Shown here: positions 52,594-64,000 of the stretch, one piece after another
Layout: each line of letters starts with the position of its first letter
How positions within the stretch are numbered: position 1 is the first letter of the stretch
Assembly (NCBI RefSeq): GCF_006345805.1
Contig: NC_043003.1
Coordinates: 63,922,001 to 63,986,000, forward strand
Direction: 5' to 3'
From: Octopus sinensis
Lineage: Eukaryota
DNA: 64,000 bases
Position numbers and translations under genes: made by a program
Notes under the pieces: generated by a model
What the model was told of the DNA's origin: nothing
Database searches by the model: none
The model's input: only the letters and a program-made list of their open reading frames with translations

Positions 52594-52902
52594 TATACAT
52601 ACATAAATACATACACACACGCACAAACGCATGCGCACACATGCACAAATCTGCACACACATACTAAAGCTGAAGCAATACTTCAAATTACAACAAGAAT
52701 ATATACAAAATGTGGAAAACGATGATTCCAGAAGAATTCAATGGGGACAATCAAAAAATATCTCTCCCTGAGTATTGATAGCTGAAATATCTCTTATTTA
52801 AATCTATTTTGCACAATTCAGTACTGTGTTAAATAGATTTAATAGATTTCTCTAAGAGATATTGTCAAATATATGTGGTAGAGGGGGTGGTGAGAGCGTG
52901 TG

Positions 52903-52982
<80 letters not shown>

Positions 52983-53339
52983 CTAAAAACAGTTTGATTC
53001 GGTCCCATGCAACCTAAAGTTTCGCAGGCTCATTACAAAAACATTGCACATCAGGCTCAGCGACCGAATATGTGTGTACGCGCATGTGTGTGTGTATGTG
53101 TGTGCATGTATGCATGTATGTATACACACATACATACACACACACACAGACTCATATACAGAGCTTCCTCGGTCAAGTTCTCTCACAAGTCATTGGACGG
53201 TCCGGGCTATAACAGAAGTTACTTGCCCAAGGTGACGCGCAGTTGGACTGAGCCCGTGTCTTCCCAAACAACCCAGAACTGACCAATGCCTTGCAAAAGA
53301 ATTTGGTAGACGGATATCGTGTAGAAGCTCGCTGGTCAC

Positions 53340-53510
53340 TACACATTCTTTATTTTCTTTCCTTGTTTCTTTCTGTGTTCCTTTCTGTGGAAGAGCATAG
53401 GCTCGAAACGTTAAAGACTTTTTCACTTCCCAAACGTTATACTAATACATCTGTTTGTTGTCTACACCACCTGTCTTCTTCTTTTGTGTTTTTTTTTGTG
53501 AATTCTTCCC
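53340..53510 (+). mobile_element. Penelope-like terminal fragment (22.2/63.8 kb family)
   Basis: Shared sequence, with a variant hammerhead fold at 53381-53416. Confidence 0.65.
53381..53416 (+). ncRNA. Variant hammerhead-like fold (CUGUGGA core)
   Basis: CUUU-CUGUGGA-A-GAGC(AUAG)GCUC-GAA-ACGU-U-AAAG. Confidence 0.45.
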
Positions 53511-53523
53511 CTATATATATGTG

Positions 53524-53589
<66 letters not shown>

Positions 53590-53714
53590 CATACATATAT
53601 ACAAAGAGAAAAAGAGAGAAAGGAGGGTAATAACTATAGTAATCTATGGATGGAATTTATAAATATTTTACCCGAAGAAATGAATGCATGACAAACACAA
53701 AGACACAAATACAC

Positions 53715-53774
<60 letters not shown>

Positions 53775-53779
53775 TCGTT

Positions 53780-53975
53780 TGCTCTTATATTTGTTTCATC
53801 ATTTGACTGCGGCCATGCTGGAGCACCGCCTTTAGTCGAGAAAATCAACCCCAGGGCTTATTCTTTGTAAGCGCAATACTTATTCTATCGGTGTCTTTTG
53901 CCGAACCGACCGCTAAGTTACGGGGACATAAACACATCAACATTGGTTGTCATGCGACCATGGGGGGGCAACGCA

Positions 53976-54019
<44 letters not shown>

Positions 54020-54182
54020 CGATGGGCTTCTTTCAGTTTCCGTCTACCAATTCCACTCACATGGTTTTGGTCGGTCCGAGGCTATAGTAGATGACACTTG
54101 CCCAAGGTGCCACGCAGTGGGGCTGAACTCGGAACCATGTAACTGGAAAGCAAGCTTCTTACCACTCAGCCACTCCTGTGCC
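53780..54182 (-). mobile_element. SINE-A full length
   Basis: Matches family. Confidence 0.88.
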
Positions 54183-54759
54183 TATATATATTTCTTGATA
54201 GAAACTTAAATTGTAACATCTTTAGAAATATTCCTCATTGTCGATAAGGCTACCCATGCAGTCTGTATCACACCTGTCTTTTATGCTAAGTATAGGTAGG
54301 TGTGGTGACGGTTATACGAATGTCTGGTGGCGGTAGTGGGGTGGTGCCACCATATGTGAATATGTATACAACTAATAGATTATCCTATGCCTGAATACAT
54401 TCGCTAAGTTTCAAATACTTGACTAAGCTTGTCTGCCGCCGACCCCCCGTGTGGCACTTGGTCTATTGTGTTGTGGAAGCGATTACATGTCTGGCCCCTT
54501 GCATAACATAATACATGTATAATGCTTACGTACGTGTGCCTGTGTGTATGTGCACACGCACACACACACACACACACATGCATACACGCATATATATATA
54601 TATTACACAAACACAAACGCGCAAGAATGCACAGGTGCACAGGTGCACACACATGCGTACGCGCGTGTGGGCACCTGTGTGTGTGTGTATATGTGTGTGG
54701 GTGCGTGTGTGCGTGTGTGTGTGTGTGTGTGTGCGTGTGTGTGTGTGTGGGTGCGTGTG

Positions 54760-55917
54760 TGCGTGTTCAACCTTTCAAGAAATTTATTAGTTTTATTCTT
54801 GCCATGACTGTTTCAAAAGGCTTTGGGTTTGTGTGTGTGTGAGAGAGAGAGAGAGAGTTTGTGAGGGGGTGGGGTGAAACGAGAGAGGAAAAGAGACGTA
54901 GAAAGAGAGAGCGAGGGAAAGAGAGAGTGTGGGGAGTGAAGCGAGAGAGAAAGAGAGAGAGTGCATGTATGTGTATGTGCGTGTGTGTGTGTAAAGCGAA
55001 AGAGAAAGAGATACAGAGAGAGAGAGGGAAAGAAAGAGCGAGAGAGAGCGAGAGAAAGAAAGAGAGATATAGAAAGAGAGACAGAGAAGAGAGAGCGCGA
55101 GAGAAAGAGAGAGAGACTAAGAGAGAGAGAGAGAGAAAGAGATAGAGTATGTGTGTGCGCGTGTATGTGTATATGTGTGTGAGTGTGTTTGTGGGGATGT
55201 GAAGCAAAAGAGAAAAATAGACAGAGAGAAAGAGCAAGAGTAGGAGAGAGAGAGACAAAGAGAGTGAGACAGAGAGACACACACAGAGTGAGAGAGTGTG
55301 TGTGTGTGTATGTGTGAATGTGTGTGTGTGTATGTGCGTGTGTGTGTGTGCATGTGTTAGTGCGTGTGTGTGCGTGCGTACGGGACCCGAGTTCCCTATC
55401 AATATCTGCCTGACAGTTTTCTGGATACGGTTTATGTGTAACGGATATCACTATGAAGATATCATCACGTGGATATCTATGAGGATAAGAAATGCAGGCA
55501 AAACGGCAAACCGTTACGCCATATGCAAGACGATGTGTGTGTGTGTGTGCATGCATGTATGCATGTTTGTGAGTGTATGTATGTATGTGTGTATGTACGT
55601 GTGTATGTTTGTGCATGTATGTATTTGGATATGTATGTATATGTGTATGTATGTATGAATGCGTGTGTGTGCATGTATGTATGTGTGTATGTATGTATGG
55701 GTGTGTGTGTGTATGTATATATGTATATGTGTATGTATGTATGTACACATGAATGTATGTATATATGTATGTGTGTGTATATGTATGCATGCATGCATGA
55801 ATGTATGTATGTGTATGTATGAATGTATGCATGTAGTTATGTACGTACGTACGTATGCATGCATAGATGTATGTATGTGTGCACGTATGGATGTATGTAT
55901 GTATGCAAGCATAAATG

Positions 55918-55949
<32 letters not shown>

Positions 55950-56158
55950 ATGTCATTGTTCAGTTTTATTTCGAGATTTCTTGCCAATAGAGAAAGAACC
56001 GGTTTCTAACCTAGATCCAAGGTTAACTCATTGGAATTTCAACATCAACAACAGAGTATGTATGTATGTATGTATGTATGTATGTATGTATGTATGTATG
56101 TATGTATGTATGTATGTATGTATGTGTGTATGCATGTATGCATGTATATGTGCATGTG
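54760..56158. repeat. 1.4-kb (GA)n/(TG)n/(TATG)n low-complexity zone
   Basis: Directly visible. Source of the 339-aa and 211-aa H/T/S/L ORFs. Confidence 0.9.
55949..56056 (-). mobile_element. RLE-type LINE 3' UTR tip within (TATG)n
   Basis: TGTCATTGTTC...CCGGTTTCTAACCTAGATCC...AACATCAACAACAG, (TATG)n on both sides. Confidence 0.85.
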
Positions 56159-56372
56159 CGAGGAGGTACTGTAAACTTCCTGGTTTGGGGTAAAACAAAA
56201 TACAGGCGGATCAGTTATGATTTTATTCAACATATTCCGCTTTGAGATTCACACACTTGTTGCAGCGGTCCTTCAGTTTTTGTAAGCTCTGTGAAAAGAA
56301 CTCGGTATGTTGGGCTTCCAAACAGGCCTCTCGCTATATGCTTAAAGCCAAGAACTTGTCAGCCCACCCTCG
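56159..56372 (-). mobile_element. Mariner-derived MITE
   Basis: Reverse complement of the 27746 family, ends ...CCACCCTCG then TA. Confidence 0.75.
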
Positions 56373-56991
56373 TATATATATTATATTATATATATATATA
56401 TATTATTATATATATATATAGATATATATATATATAGATGATATATAATACAATAATAAATAAAAAAAACATATGCATACATACATACATATATGTACAT
56501 ACTTACATCTATATGTATATATACATGCATATATGAGTACAGGACACCACAAATAAACGTAGACAACGAGAAACGAAAACAAAATCAAACAAGGAAACGG
56601 ACTTTTTTTAACAACGTAAAAACAGAGTACAAGACAAACAATACAAGGAACATTCCCCTTCTTCAGCTGCCCCTGTTTCGACTCAATGCGTGTTTCGAAG
56701 GTAAGGGCAGAACACGGCCACGCCGAAGCAATCCTTCCCGCAAAATGAATTAAATAAAATTTTTTTGCGGAGGGGTAAAAAAAGTGACAAGAACAGGACG
56801 TAAAAGCAATACAAATGAAGAAAAAAAAACAGTACAAATAAAGATAAAAACAGTAAAATACAGGACAAGGAAACCAACAATAAGGGCTTTTTTTTAAGCC
56901 TAGACGGTGGAAAAATTCGTTAGAACGCATTCTGAAGATCGGCTGCGGAAGAGAGAAAAAAGCTGATCTTCTCCAAGTAAGTTTTATATAC

Positions 56992-57094
<103 letters not shown>

Positions 57095-57254
57095 CGTGTG
57101 TGTGCGTGTGTGCGTGTGTGTGCTAACACTTTAACTTGTTTCAGCTGTAAACCTGTGGTCATGCTGGGGCACCTCCGTTAAAATATATTATATATATATA
57201 TATATATGTATTTACATACGTGTGTTTTTGTGTATATGTATAAGCATATATGTG

Positions 57255-57430
57255 AAGGCGCTTGGTCTAGTAGTTAAGGTGTTGCTCCTCGATCGTAATT
57301 TCGAATCCTGGGCTTGTCGTGCGTTGTGTTCTTGTGGAAAACACTCCACTTCAGTTGCTCCAGTTCACTCGGCCGTAAATGGGACGGAATGGGGGTCCCT
57401 TCAATGATGGGGGGATTTTGCCTGCCCACC
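57255..57430 (+). mobile_element. Degenerate tRNA-SINE (head II)
   Basis: GTGAAGGCGCTTGGTCTAGTAGTTAAGG...GTTGCTCCAGTTCACTCGGC. Confidence 0.55.
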
Positions 57431-57524
57431 GAGAAAGCGCAATGTGACCAGCGGCGTGTAACAATATTCTATAGTGTTGTCAATACAGTGATAATATGGA
57501 TGTATATCTTCGTTTTATCGTTTA

Positions 57525-57862
57525 TTTATCCCCGCCATTAGACTGCGCCATGCTGGGGCACCACCTTGAAGAAATTCAGTCGAACAAATCGATTCCAGTA
57601 CCTGGTGCTTCTTCTGTGGATGCTTATTTATGCAGGCGCGTAAACACACTAACACCGGTTGTCAAGCGGTGGAAAGGGGACAAACAGACGCGCGCGCATG
57701 CGACGAGCTTCTTTCAGTTTCTGTTTACCAAATCTACTCACAAGAATCTGGGCGGCCTGAAGCTATAGTAAAGGACGCTTCACTAAGGTGCCACGCAATG
57801 GGATTGAGCCTGGAACCATGTGGCTGGGAATCATACTTCTTACCACACAGCCACACCTGCAC
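57525..57862 (-). mobile_element. SINE-A, degenerate
   Basis: Matches family. Confidence 0.75.
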
Positions 57863-57884
57863 CGATATAAACAGACAGGCAGGC

Positions 57885-57948
<64 letters not shown>

Positions 57949-57949
<1 letters not shown>

Positions 57950-58598
57950 TGTTTCTTTATTAGCCACACAGGGCTGCACACAGACAGAACAAATTACAAG
58001 GTAGAGCTTTTCTTTTGGGGGTAAAAAAAAGGGGTTGGTTGTCGATCAAAAGGGATCGTAAAAGGAAAGAAAGAGGACAAAAAAGGGGAGGATTTAAAAA
58101 AAAGGGGGGGGAGAAAAGGGGAGAGGAAAAAAAGTTGATCAATAGGGATCGTAATCACAGAAATGTCAATATGAAGTGTAAAGGGGAGGACAGGTGAGGT
58201 TTACCCGTGGAAAGAAAAGCCTACGGAAAAGACCACGGTAACCTCGGTCAATGAAGTCACATGTCATATTTCTTTTTTTTTTTTTGCAAATAAGCAACTC
58301 TCTGTATTAATTTTTACGGTTCATAGAATCATAGTCAAGGTGGCTTCGTCATTCATACGTGCCATCCTTGCTACATTCACCCATCTTTTTTTAAAACATT
58401 CACTAGACAAAACTTGCCTCTCTACTCTCACTTCCTCTTCAAGTGATACTTGAAGAAGTTGATGAGAGATTGACCAGAGAGGAAAGTTGTGTCTCTAATC
58501 CTTTCAGGCGCGTCCACCAGATACATTCTTTCGCCATAGCCACAAGTATGATAAAAATAGCTCTTCCTTCCCATTTGAAGGAGGCGTGACGATATTAA
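57949..58598 (-). mobile_element. Tx1/L1-type LINE 3' end inserted in (GATA)n
   Basis: Minus strand VAMAKECIWWTRLKG..GQSLINFFKYHLKRK..RQVLSSECFKKRWVNVARM..LTMIL* (frameshifted), pyrimidine-rich 3' UTR with AATAAA, (GATA)n on both flanks. Clade from motif recognition. Confidence 0.7.
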
Positions 58599-58661
58599 CG
58601 ATAGATAGATAGATAGATAGATAGATAGGTAGGTTGATAGGTAGATAGATAGATAGATATT

Positions 58662-58746
<85 letters not shown>

Positions 58747-58974
58747 CGATCGATAGAGTGCGGGTGGGGGAGAAATGAAAAAGAAAATTATAGGATTAGT
58801 TGATAGTCAAAATTATTTGTTTGAACTTCGGAGGAATGGAAAGAGTGAAATATGGCGTTTTTGTGGAATATGGATATGGAGTGAAAAATGTGGAGGAGAA
58901 ACCGAGAAAAAACAAAAACAAAAAATTAAACAATTAAATATATGGAGTAATATATATGTGTGTGTGGTATGCGC

Positions 58975-59024
<50 letters not shown>

Positions 59025-59030
59025 ATATAT

Positions 59031-59107
<77 letters not shown>

Positions 59108-59111
<4 letters not shown>

Positions 59112-59505
59112 CTGTGTGGTAAGTAGCTTGTTTACCAACCACATGGTTCCGGGTTCAGTCCCACTGCGTGGAACCTTGAGCAGGTGTCTTCTACTATAGC
59201 CTCGGGCCGACCAAAGCCTTGTGAGTGGATTTGGTAGACGGAAACTGAAAGATGCCCGTCGTATATATGTATATATATATATGCGTGCGTGTGTTTGTGT
59301 GAGTGTGTTTGTCCCCCTAACATTGCTTGACAACCGATGCTGGTGTGTTTATGTCCCCGTTACTTAGCGGTTCGGCAAAAGAGACCGATAGAATAAGTAC
59401 TGGGCTTACAAAAGAATAAGTCCCGGGGTCGAGTTGCTCGATTAAAGGCATTGCTCCAGCATGGCCGCAGTCAAATGACTGAAACAAGTAAAAGAGTAAG
59501 AAAAA
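59108..59505 (+). mobile_element. SINE-A full length
   Basis: Close to consensus. Confidence 0.9.
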
Positions 59506-60249
59506 AAGAGTATAGGACAGTATTGTAGTTCGCTTGAAGCATTGTGTATTGTTTGTGAAGAATAAAAAGTTGTGAATGGTACAGCAATGCACTACAATAC
59601 AGACAATGGGCTATATATACCTGTTGTAATTTAGTCATCCATAGTCTGATATGATATTTCGGAATAAAATTCCTTCTTCAGATATTCTTAGATGGAGTCG
59701 GTTTTCTAACGGCTTTTCTTTTCTATTTTTTTGGGAAGCGTCTCAGCAGCGGTCTCACGATGCTCCTTCCGGAATTCCTCATGAGAAGTGTGTAAGGTCG
59801 GCCATGTCTCAATCTTGTGTGTGCTGGTACATGTGTAGCACTGCTTCTAAATTACGCATTGTACGTGCAGCTTCCCCCCCCCCACCTTTTTTTTTGTCTT
59901 CTCTTCGTTTTTTTTTGTTTATTTTTTTTGTTAAAAACTACAGATGAGCATATTATCAAAAATTAACCTTACTGGTAAAGCACAGTCATTTTCACAGTGA
60001 TCGTTATGTATATGGCAACTGATAGACGGAATTATTAATTATGACAATTGTTTCGATACATTTATCATCGATTCCTCGTGGGTGGGACACTCAACGACTG
60101 GTTCAGGAGCATCCGGTGGTGCAGATGTATTTCGTCGGGTGATAAATAGATGCAACTCGTTAAAATAACAGTTCCGCAATGTAACTTCCTGTTTTGTAGA
60201 AAGAAAAGCAGCCAGACGAAAGAAATATCTTCATTTATATCTTTCTTCT

Positions 60250-60556
60250 TCTTTCGTCTTTTTCAAACCTAGCCAGGCTCATGGGCCCGCTTTCCCGGTT
60301 TCTATGGCGTATGTGTTCCCCCCAGCAGGACGGGACTTCAGTCCATAGCTGCGTTACTCAAGAAACAGGAAGAAAGAGTGAGAGAAAGTTGGGGCCAAAG
60401 AGTACAACAGGGGTCGCCACCACCCCCTGCCGGAGCCTCGTGAAGCTTTAGATGTTTTCACTCAATAAACACACACAACGCCCGGTCTCGGAATCGAAAC
60501 CGCGATCCTCCGTCCGCGAGTCCGCTGCCCTAACCACTGGGTCATTGCGCCTCCAC
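60250..60556 (-). mobile_element. Modular tRNA-SINE, head I + tail 2
   Basis: GTGGAGGCGCAATGACCCAGTGGTTAGGGCAGCGG...CATACGCCATAGAAACCGGGAAAGCGGGCCCATGAGCC. Confidence 0.82.
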
Positions 60557-62199
60557 TCTTCATTTATAGAGACGATCAAAATAAAACGAACACGCAATCC
60601 AGTGAGAAAAGCATTAAAAATAACCATTAACAAATATGGATGTATAAACGCCCTCGTATTCCATCTTCAGTTTTTCATTTGACATACACACACGCACACA
60701 TACACACGCGCACGCACGCACGCACACACATATGTACATACATATATGTAGACAATTACCGGTATGTCAAATACAATGAAAGAAAATTTCCTGATTTATC
60801 ACGATTATCTCCGATTGTAGAAGATTTATCATAGTTATCAAAATGGCAATTATGACCAACTTCACTTGAAAAGGGGAGATAAAATCAAGATTCAAATATT
60901 TCTCCAAAACTGACATGCCATTAAGGCTGATTGTCTGGAATTAAGTGGACAGTCGTAGACACGTGTTTCTAGCTCAATAGACTCCATCAATATGACAAGT
61001 ATCCGACCTTATTTTCACTAAGGAAAAAAACTTAGACATATACAAAACGAAGTAGAGAGAACAGTTATGGCCTACGTAATTTGCATATATATGCACACGT
61101 ATATATATATATATATATGCTGATTAGTTGCACGTGTACTCTCATGCAGTCACATTTTTTCTGAGTTTCTCGATATTTCTCCGGAGACAGTCGTCCACAT
61201 TCCATTTTTTTCTCTCATTACGATCGATCTCAATTACTCCCGTCTCCTGGCGAATAGCAATTGTGACACAGAATAGTAGAACATTCAATGTCCAAAAGAT
61301 TTCGATCTTTCTCAGTTGTTCCTGCGTTACTTTGTCCATTGCGGTCTTTTACTCAAGGATAGTACAGCCACGGCGTCTCATCTTACTAAGAATTCCATCT
61401 GCTGTGCTCCACGCTGTTAAGAGAATGAGAACAACATGGTTCATAGAGTTATTAATAAGAATTGAACCTACAAACTGTAGCCACAAACATAATTAGGCTA
61501 TCAACAGAATATTTCAACTGCTTTCCGTCCAAGCTGTGAATTCCTTGTCTTCCCCGTTGAGGAAATACAAGGCGTCATGATAGGAACTGCAGATGAAAGA
61601 AAAATAATGTCACTCACACTGTGTTTTGTTTAAAAGTTTAAGCTGTACTCAAGTAATATTCAAGACGCCATATGACATAGCTAGGCATAGCATACTCGGA
61701 GATGACAGGAGTGGAGGTTGGTCGCGACAAGTGTTCATATTTGGTAAGGAAACGAGAAAAGATTGTCGACCAAGCGACTAATATGGATATGGATATGAAT
61801 AACCTGTTTAATCTCCTCTATCACTGTGATGGATGTTTAGAAATATCTTGCAATAGACGACAATATTTTATGTTTGGTGTTTTGAATAAAGCTAGAATAG
61901 CAAAACAAAATATTCCAGAAGACTTTAGAAGTTATAGAAGCCAGAGATGTCTGTATTCAATAAAATTATCTTCGCCAATGTTTTTGCAGTGCCAGTGCTA
62001 ATACCAATATTTGGGATACTAAGCTGGGCACTTGCGGACATCTGCAAATTGGAAATGAGGACTGGCAAGCAACTAACAATAATTAGTAGCTTCGATATCA
62101 ACAGTGATACTGAGAGGATCAATGTTAAACGAGAGAATGGAGATAAAGGCACATAATTATTCTGGGCGGCCTCTGAGTGCTGCAGAGGGTCGCTTAGAC

Positions 62200-62838
62200 C
62201 AGTGCTACTCAGAGCGGTAGACCGAGTACCGGTACCGGTCCGCAAAAAATCCGCTGCCGGTGCGCTGCGAGTTTCCAGAAAAGAAAGAAACATCATAAAA
62301 TGCTTATAAAATGCTTATAAAATGCCTATGTAATATTGTATTATTTGTAGGGCAGTGAGCTGGCAAAATCGTTAGCACGCGGGGCGAAATGCTTAGCGGT
62401 ATTTCGTCTGCCGTTACGTTCTGAGTTCAAATTCCACCGAGGTCGACTTTGCCTTTCATCCTTTCGGGGTCGATTAAATAAGTACCAGTTACGCACTGGG
62501 GTCGATATAATCGACTTAATCCGTGTGTCTGTGTTTAGCCCCTTGTGGGTAGTAAAGAAATAGGTATTTCGTCTGCCGTTACGTTCTGAGTTTAATCCCT
62601 CTGTCTGTCCTTCTTTGTCTCCTCTATGTTTAGCTCCCTGTGGGCAATAAAGAAATAAATATTGTATTATTTGTTTACAAAACAAATATAAGATTTTTAA
62701 AAATGTCAACTTTTATTATATTCATTATATATATTGTTTCCTGTATAAATTAATAATACTAAGAAATATTACCAATCCCTGGCACATTGGAAAAAAGAAA
62801 CTGCCGGTACGCCACATCAGATAGTTTGAGAAGCAATG
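62200..62838. mobile_element. hAT-Charlie-like MITE nested in the LINE
   Basis: Ends CAGTGCTACTCAGAG / GTTTGAGAAGCAATG, 8-bp flanks GCTTAGAC / ATCTAGAC (Charlie NTCTAGAN preference). Confidence 0.7.
62349..62660 (+). mobile_element. SINE-B nested in the hAT MITE
   Basis: Head-body-tail1, then a deleted second unit ending in tail 1 again. Confidence 0.85.
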
Positions 62839-63755
62839 ATCTAGACAATGCCTACCGAATAGGAAAGAGAGAGATGAGTGCATGACTTGTATACTCAACA
62901 GCGAAAAGTGAAAACATCATGAGTTAAGGCAAATAAAAAAGAACTCATGAACAAATACTCTGAGTGTAATACAGCAATTTTAAATGGATCAAGGGTGGAT
63001 AGTACTACCTACTTAAACAGGGACTTGAAAGAGAAATACTCTTTATACCATCAGAAAGTTAAACATGGATACATATCCCACAACGTAAGGAATAACGACA
63101 GCATTGACAGGCTCCCCTGGAGCAGCGATAAATACCTCACATCTTATTTAGAATGCTACGCCTTTGCTGGCCAAAAATAGCATATAACCATAAAGTGTCT
63201 GAATAACAAGGAAGGTAAGAACGCCTCTACGTTATGATAGAAAATGTCGATTGCACCATACCAGTGCGAATAATATCGCCTGTATCCAAAAACCGCTATC
63301 CAAAAATGTCCGCAAGATAATACTCTCCCGTGAGACATGACATTGTCGCGTAAGAAATCTACAATGTTATACGTAGGAAGAATTGTCCTTCAAACCATAC
63401 CAAATTATACCTTTTAATCAGATATTCTCTGGTCCAGGCGTGTCTTTGGTATGGTATAGAGGACAGTTCTTCCAGCGAATAGCATTGTCGATTTTTTAAG
63501 CGAATACTTCTGAGGAAGCGATGGCGGCTTATTGTATGAACTTAAAAACCATTATAGAAACATTTGGATAATAATATTTTTAATCTTTTTCAGTAATATA
63601 TTAATTCATAATAATTCTTTTGCGATATGAACTGATTAACTAATATTGAGATCTAAGTTACGGTTGTCGGTTTGTGAATTATAAAACGTCACGATGCACT
63701 TTTTCATTGAAAGTGTACTATATATGTGTGTGTGTGTGTACATACATACATACAT

Positions 63756-63789
<34 letters not shown>

Positions 63790-64000
63790 CGGGAAGCTTT
63801 ATGAAAATAAACAAAAGACGAAGGCAGGTGGAATACAAACAATTGTATTAGTATGGCGCTCAGGAATATAAATAAAACAAGTCTTTTACGTTTCGAGCCT
63901 ACGCTCTTCAACAGAAAGATACACAGAAAAGAAACACGGAGAGAAACAAGGAGAGAAAAAAAGGGTGCAGAGGCTAGCGAATCAACATGGCGATCTGATT
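63790..64000 (-). mobile_element. Penelope-like terminal fragment (22.2/53.3 kb family)
   Basis: Reverse complement shares GCTCGAAACG.AAAGAC and CTAATACA. Confidence 0.65.
63882..63919 (-). ncRNA. Variant hammerhead-like fold (CUGUUGA core), best-paired copy
   Basis: UCUUU-CUGUUGA-A-GAGC(GUAG)GCUC-GAA-ACGU-A-AAAGA. All stems pair, and A6U is the only core deviation. Confidence 0.5.

Larger units (their letters stand above)
61550..63410 (+). mobile_element. R4/Dong-type RLE LINE ORF remnant (RT thumb to CCHC/RHD), interrupted
   Basis: In order: FKLYSSN, GVEVGRDKCSYLVRKREK, KYLAID, NKIIFANVFAVPVLIPIFGILSW, DTERINVKRENG, HQKVKHGY, YLTSYLECYAFAGQ, RKCRL, PKMSAR..RHDIVA. Confidence 0.75.

Noticed and set aside
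61142-61420. Minus-strand frame faintly like an IS630/Tc1 N-terminus (KVTQEQLRKI..IRQETGV)
   Set aside because: Too few diagnostic residues and no TIRs found.

Overview
Animal nuclear DNA, AT-rich and saturated with microsatellites and interspersed repeats. The SINE families and microsatellite density point to a coleoid cephalopod, most likely Octopus (inference from recognition, no database search run). I found no host gene, rRNA, intact tRNA gene or CRISPR array that I can support. Nearly all ORFs in the track are translations of simple repeats, SINEs or dead transposons. The window holds about 20 copies of a tRNA/CORE-type SINE with an internal microsatellite (my label SINE-A), about 10 copies of a second tRNA-derived SINE that is often dimeric (SINE-B), and modular SINEs that combine 2 heads with 2 tails. 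It also holds LINE remnants (R4/Dong-type RLE, Tx1/L1-type, CR1/L2-type, Penelope-like), mariner/Tc1/Tigger/hAT deletion derivatives, Helitron-like elements and one 100-N gap. Three signals stand out. (1) Minimal type-I hammerhead ribozyme folds lie in several Penelope-like ends, including an inverted pair at 8.0-8.2 kb and a three-copy family with a shared A6U core change. (2) Three LINE families each sit in a different microsatellite: (TAA)n, (CATA)n and (GATA)n. (3) SINE-A shares a covarying 3' stem-loop with a CR1/L2-type LINE. Coordinates were counted by hand and boundaries of degenerate repeats are approximate.
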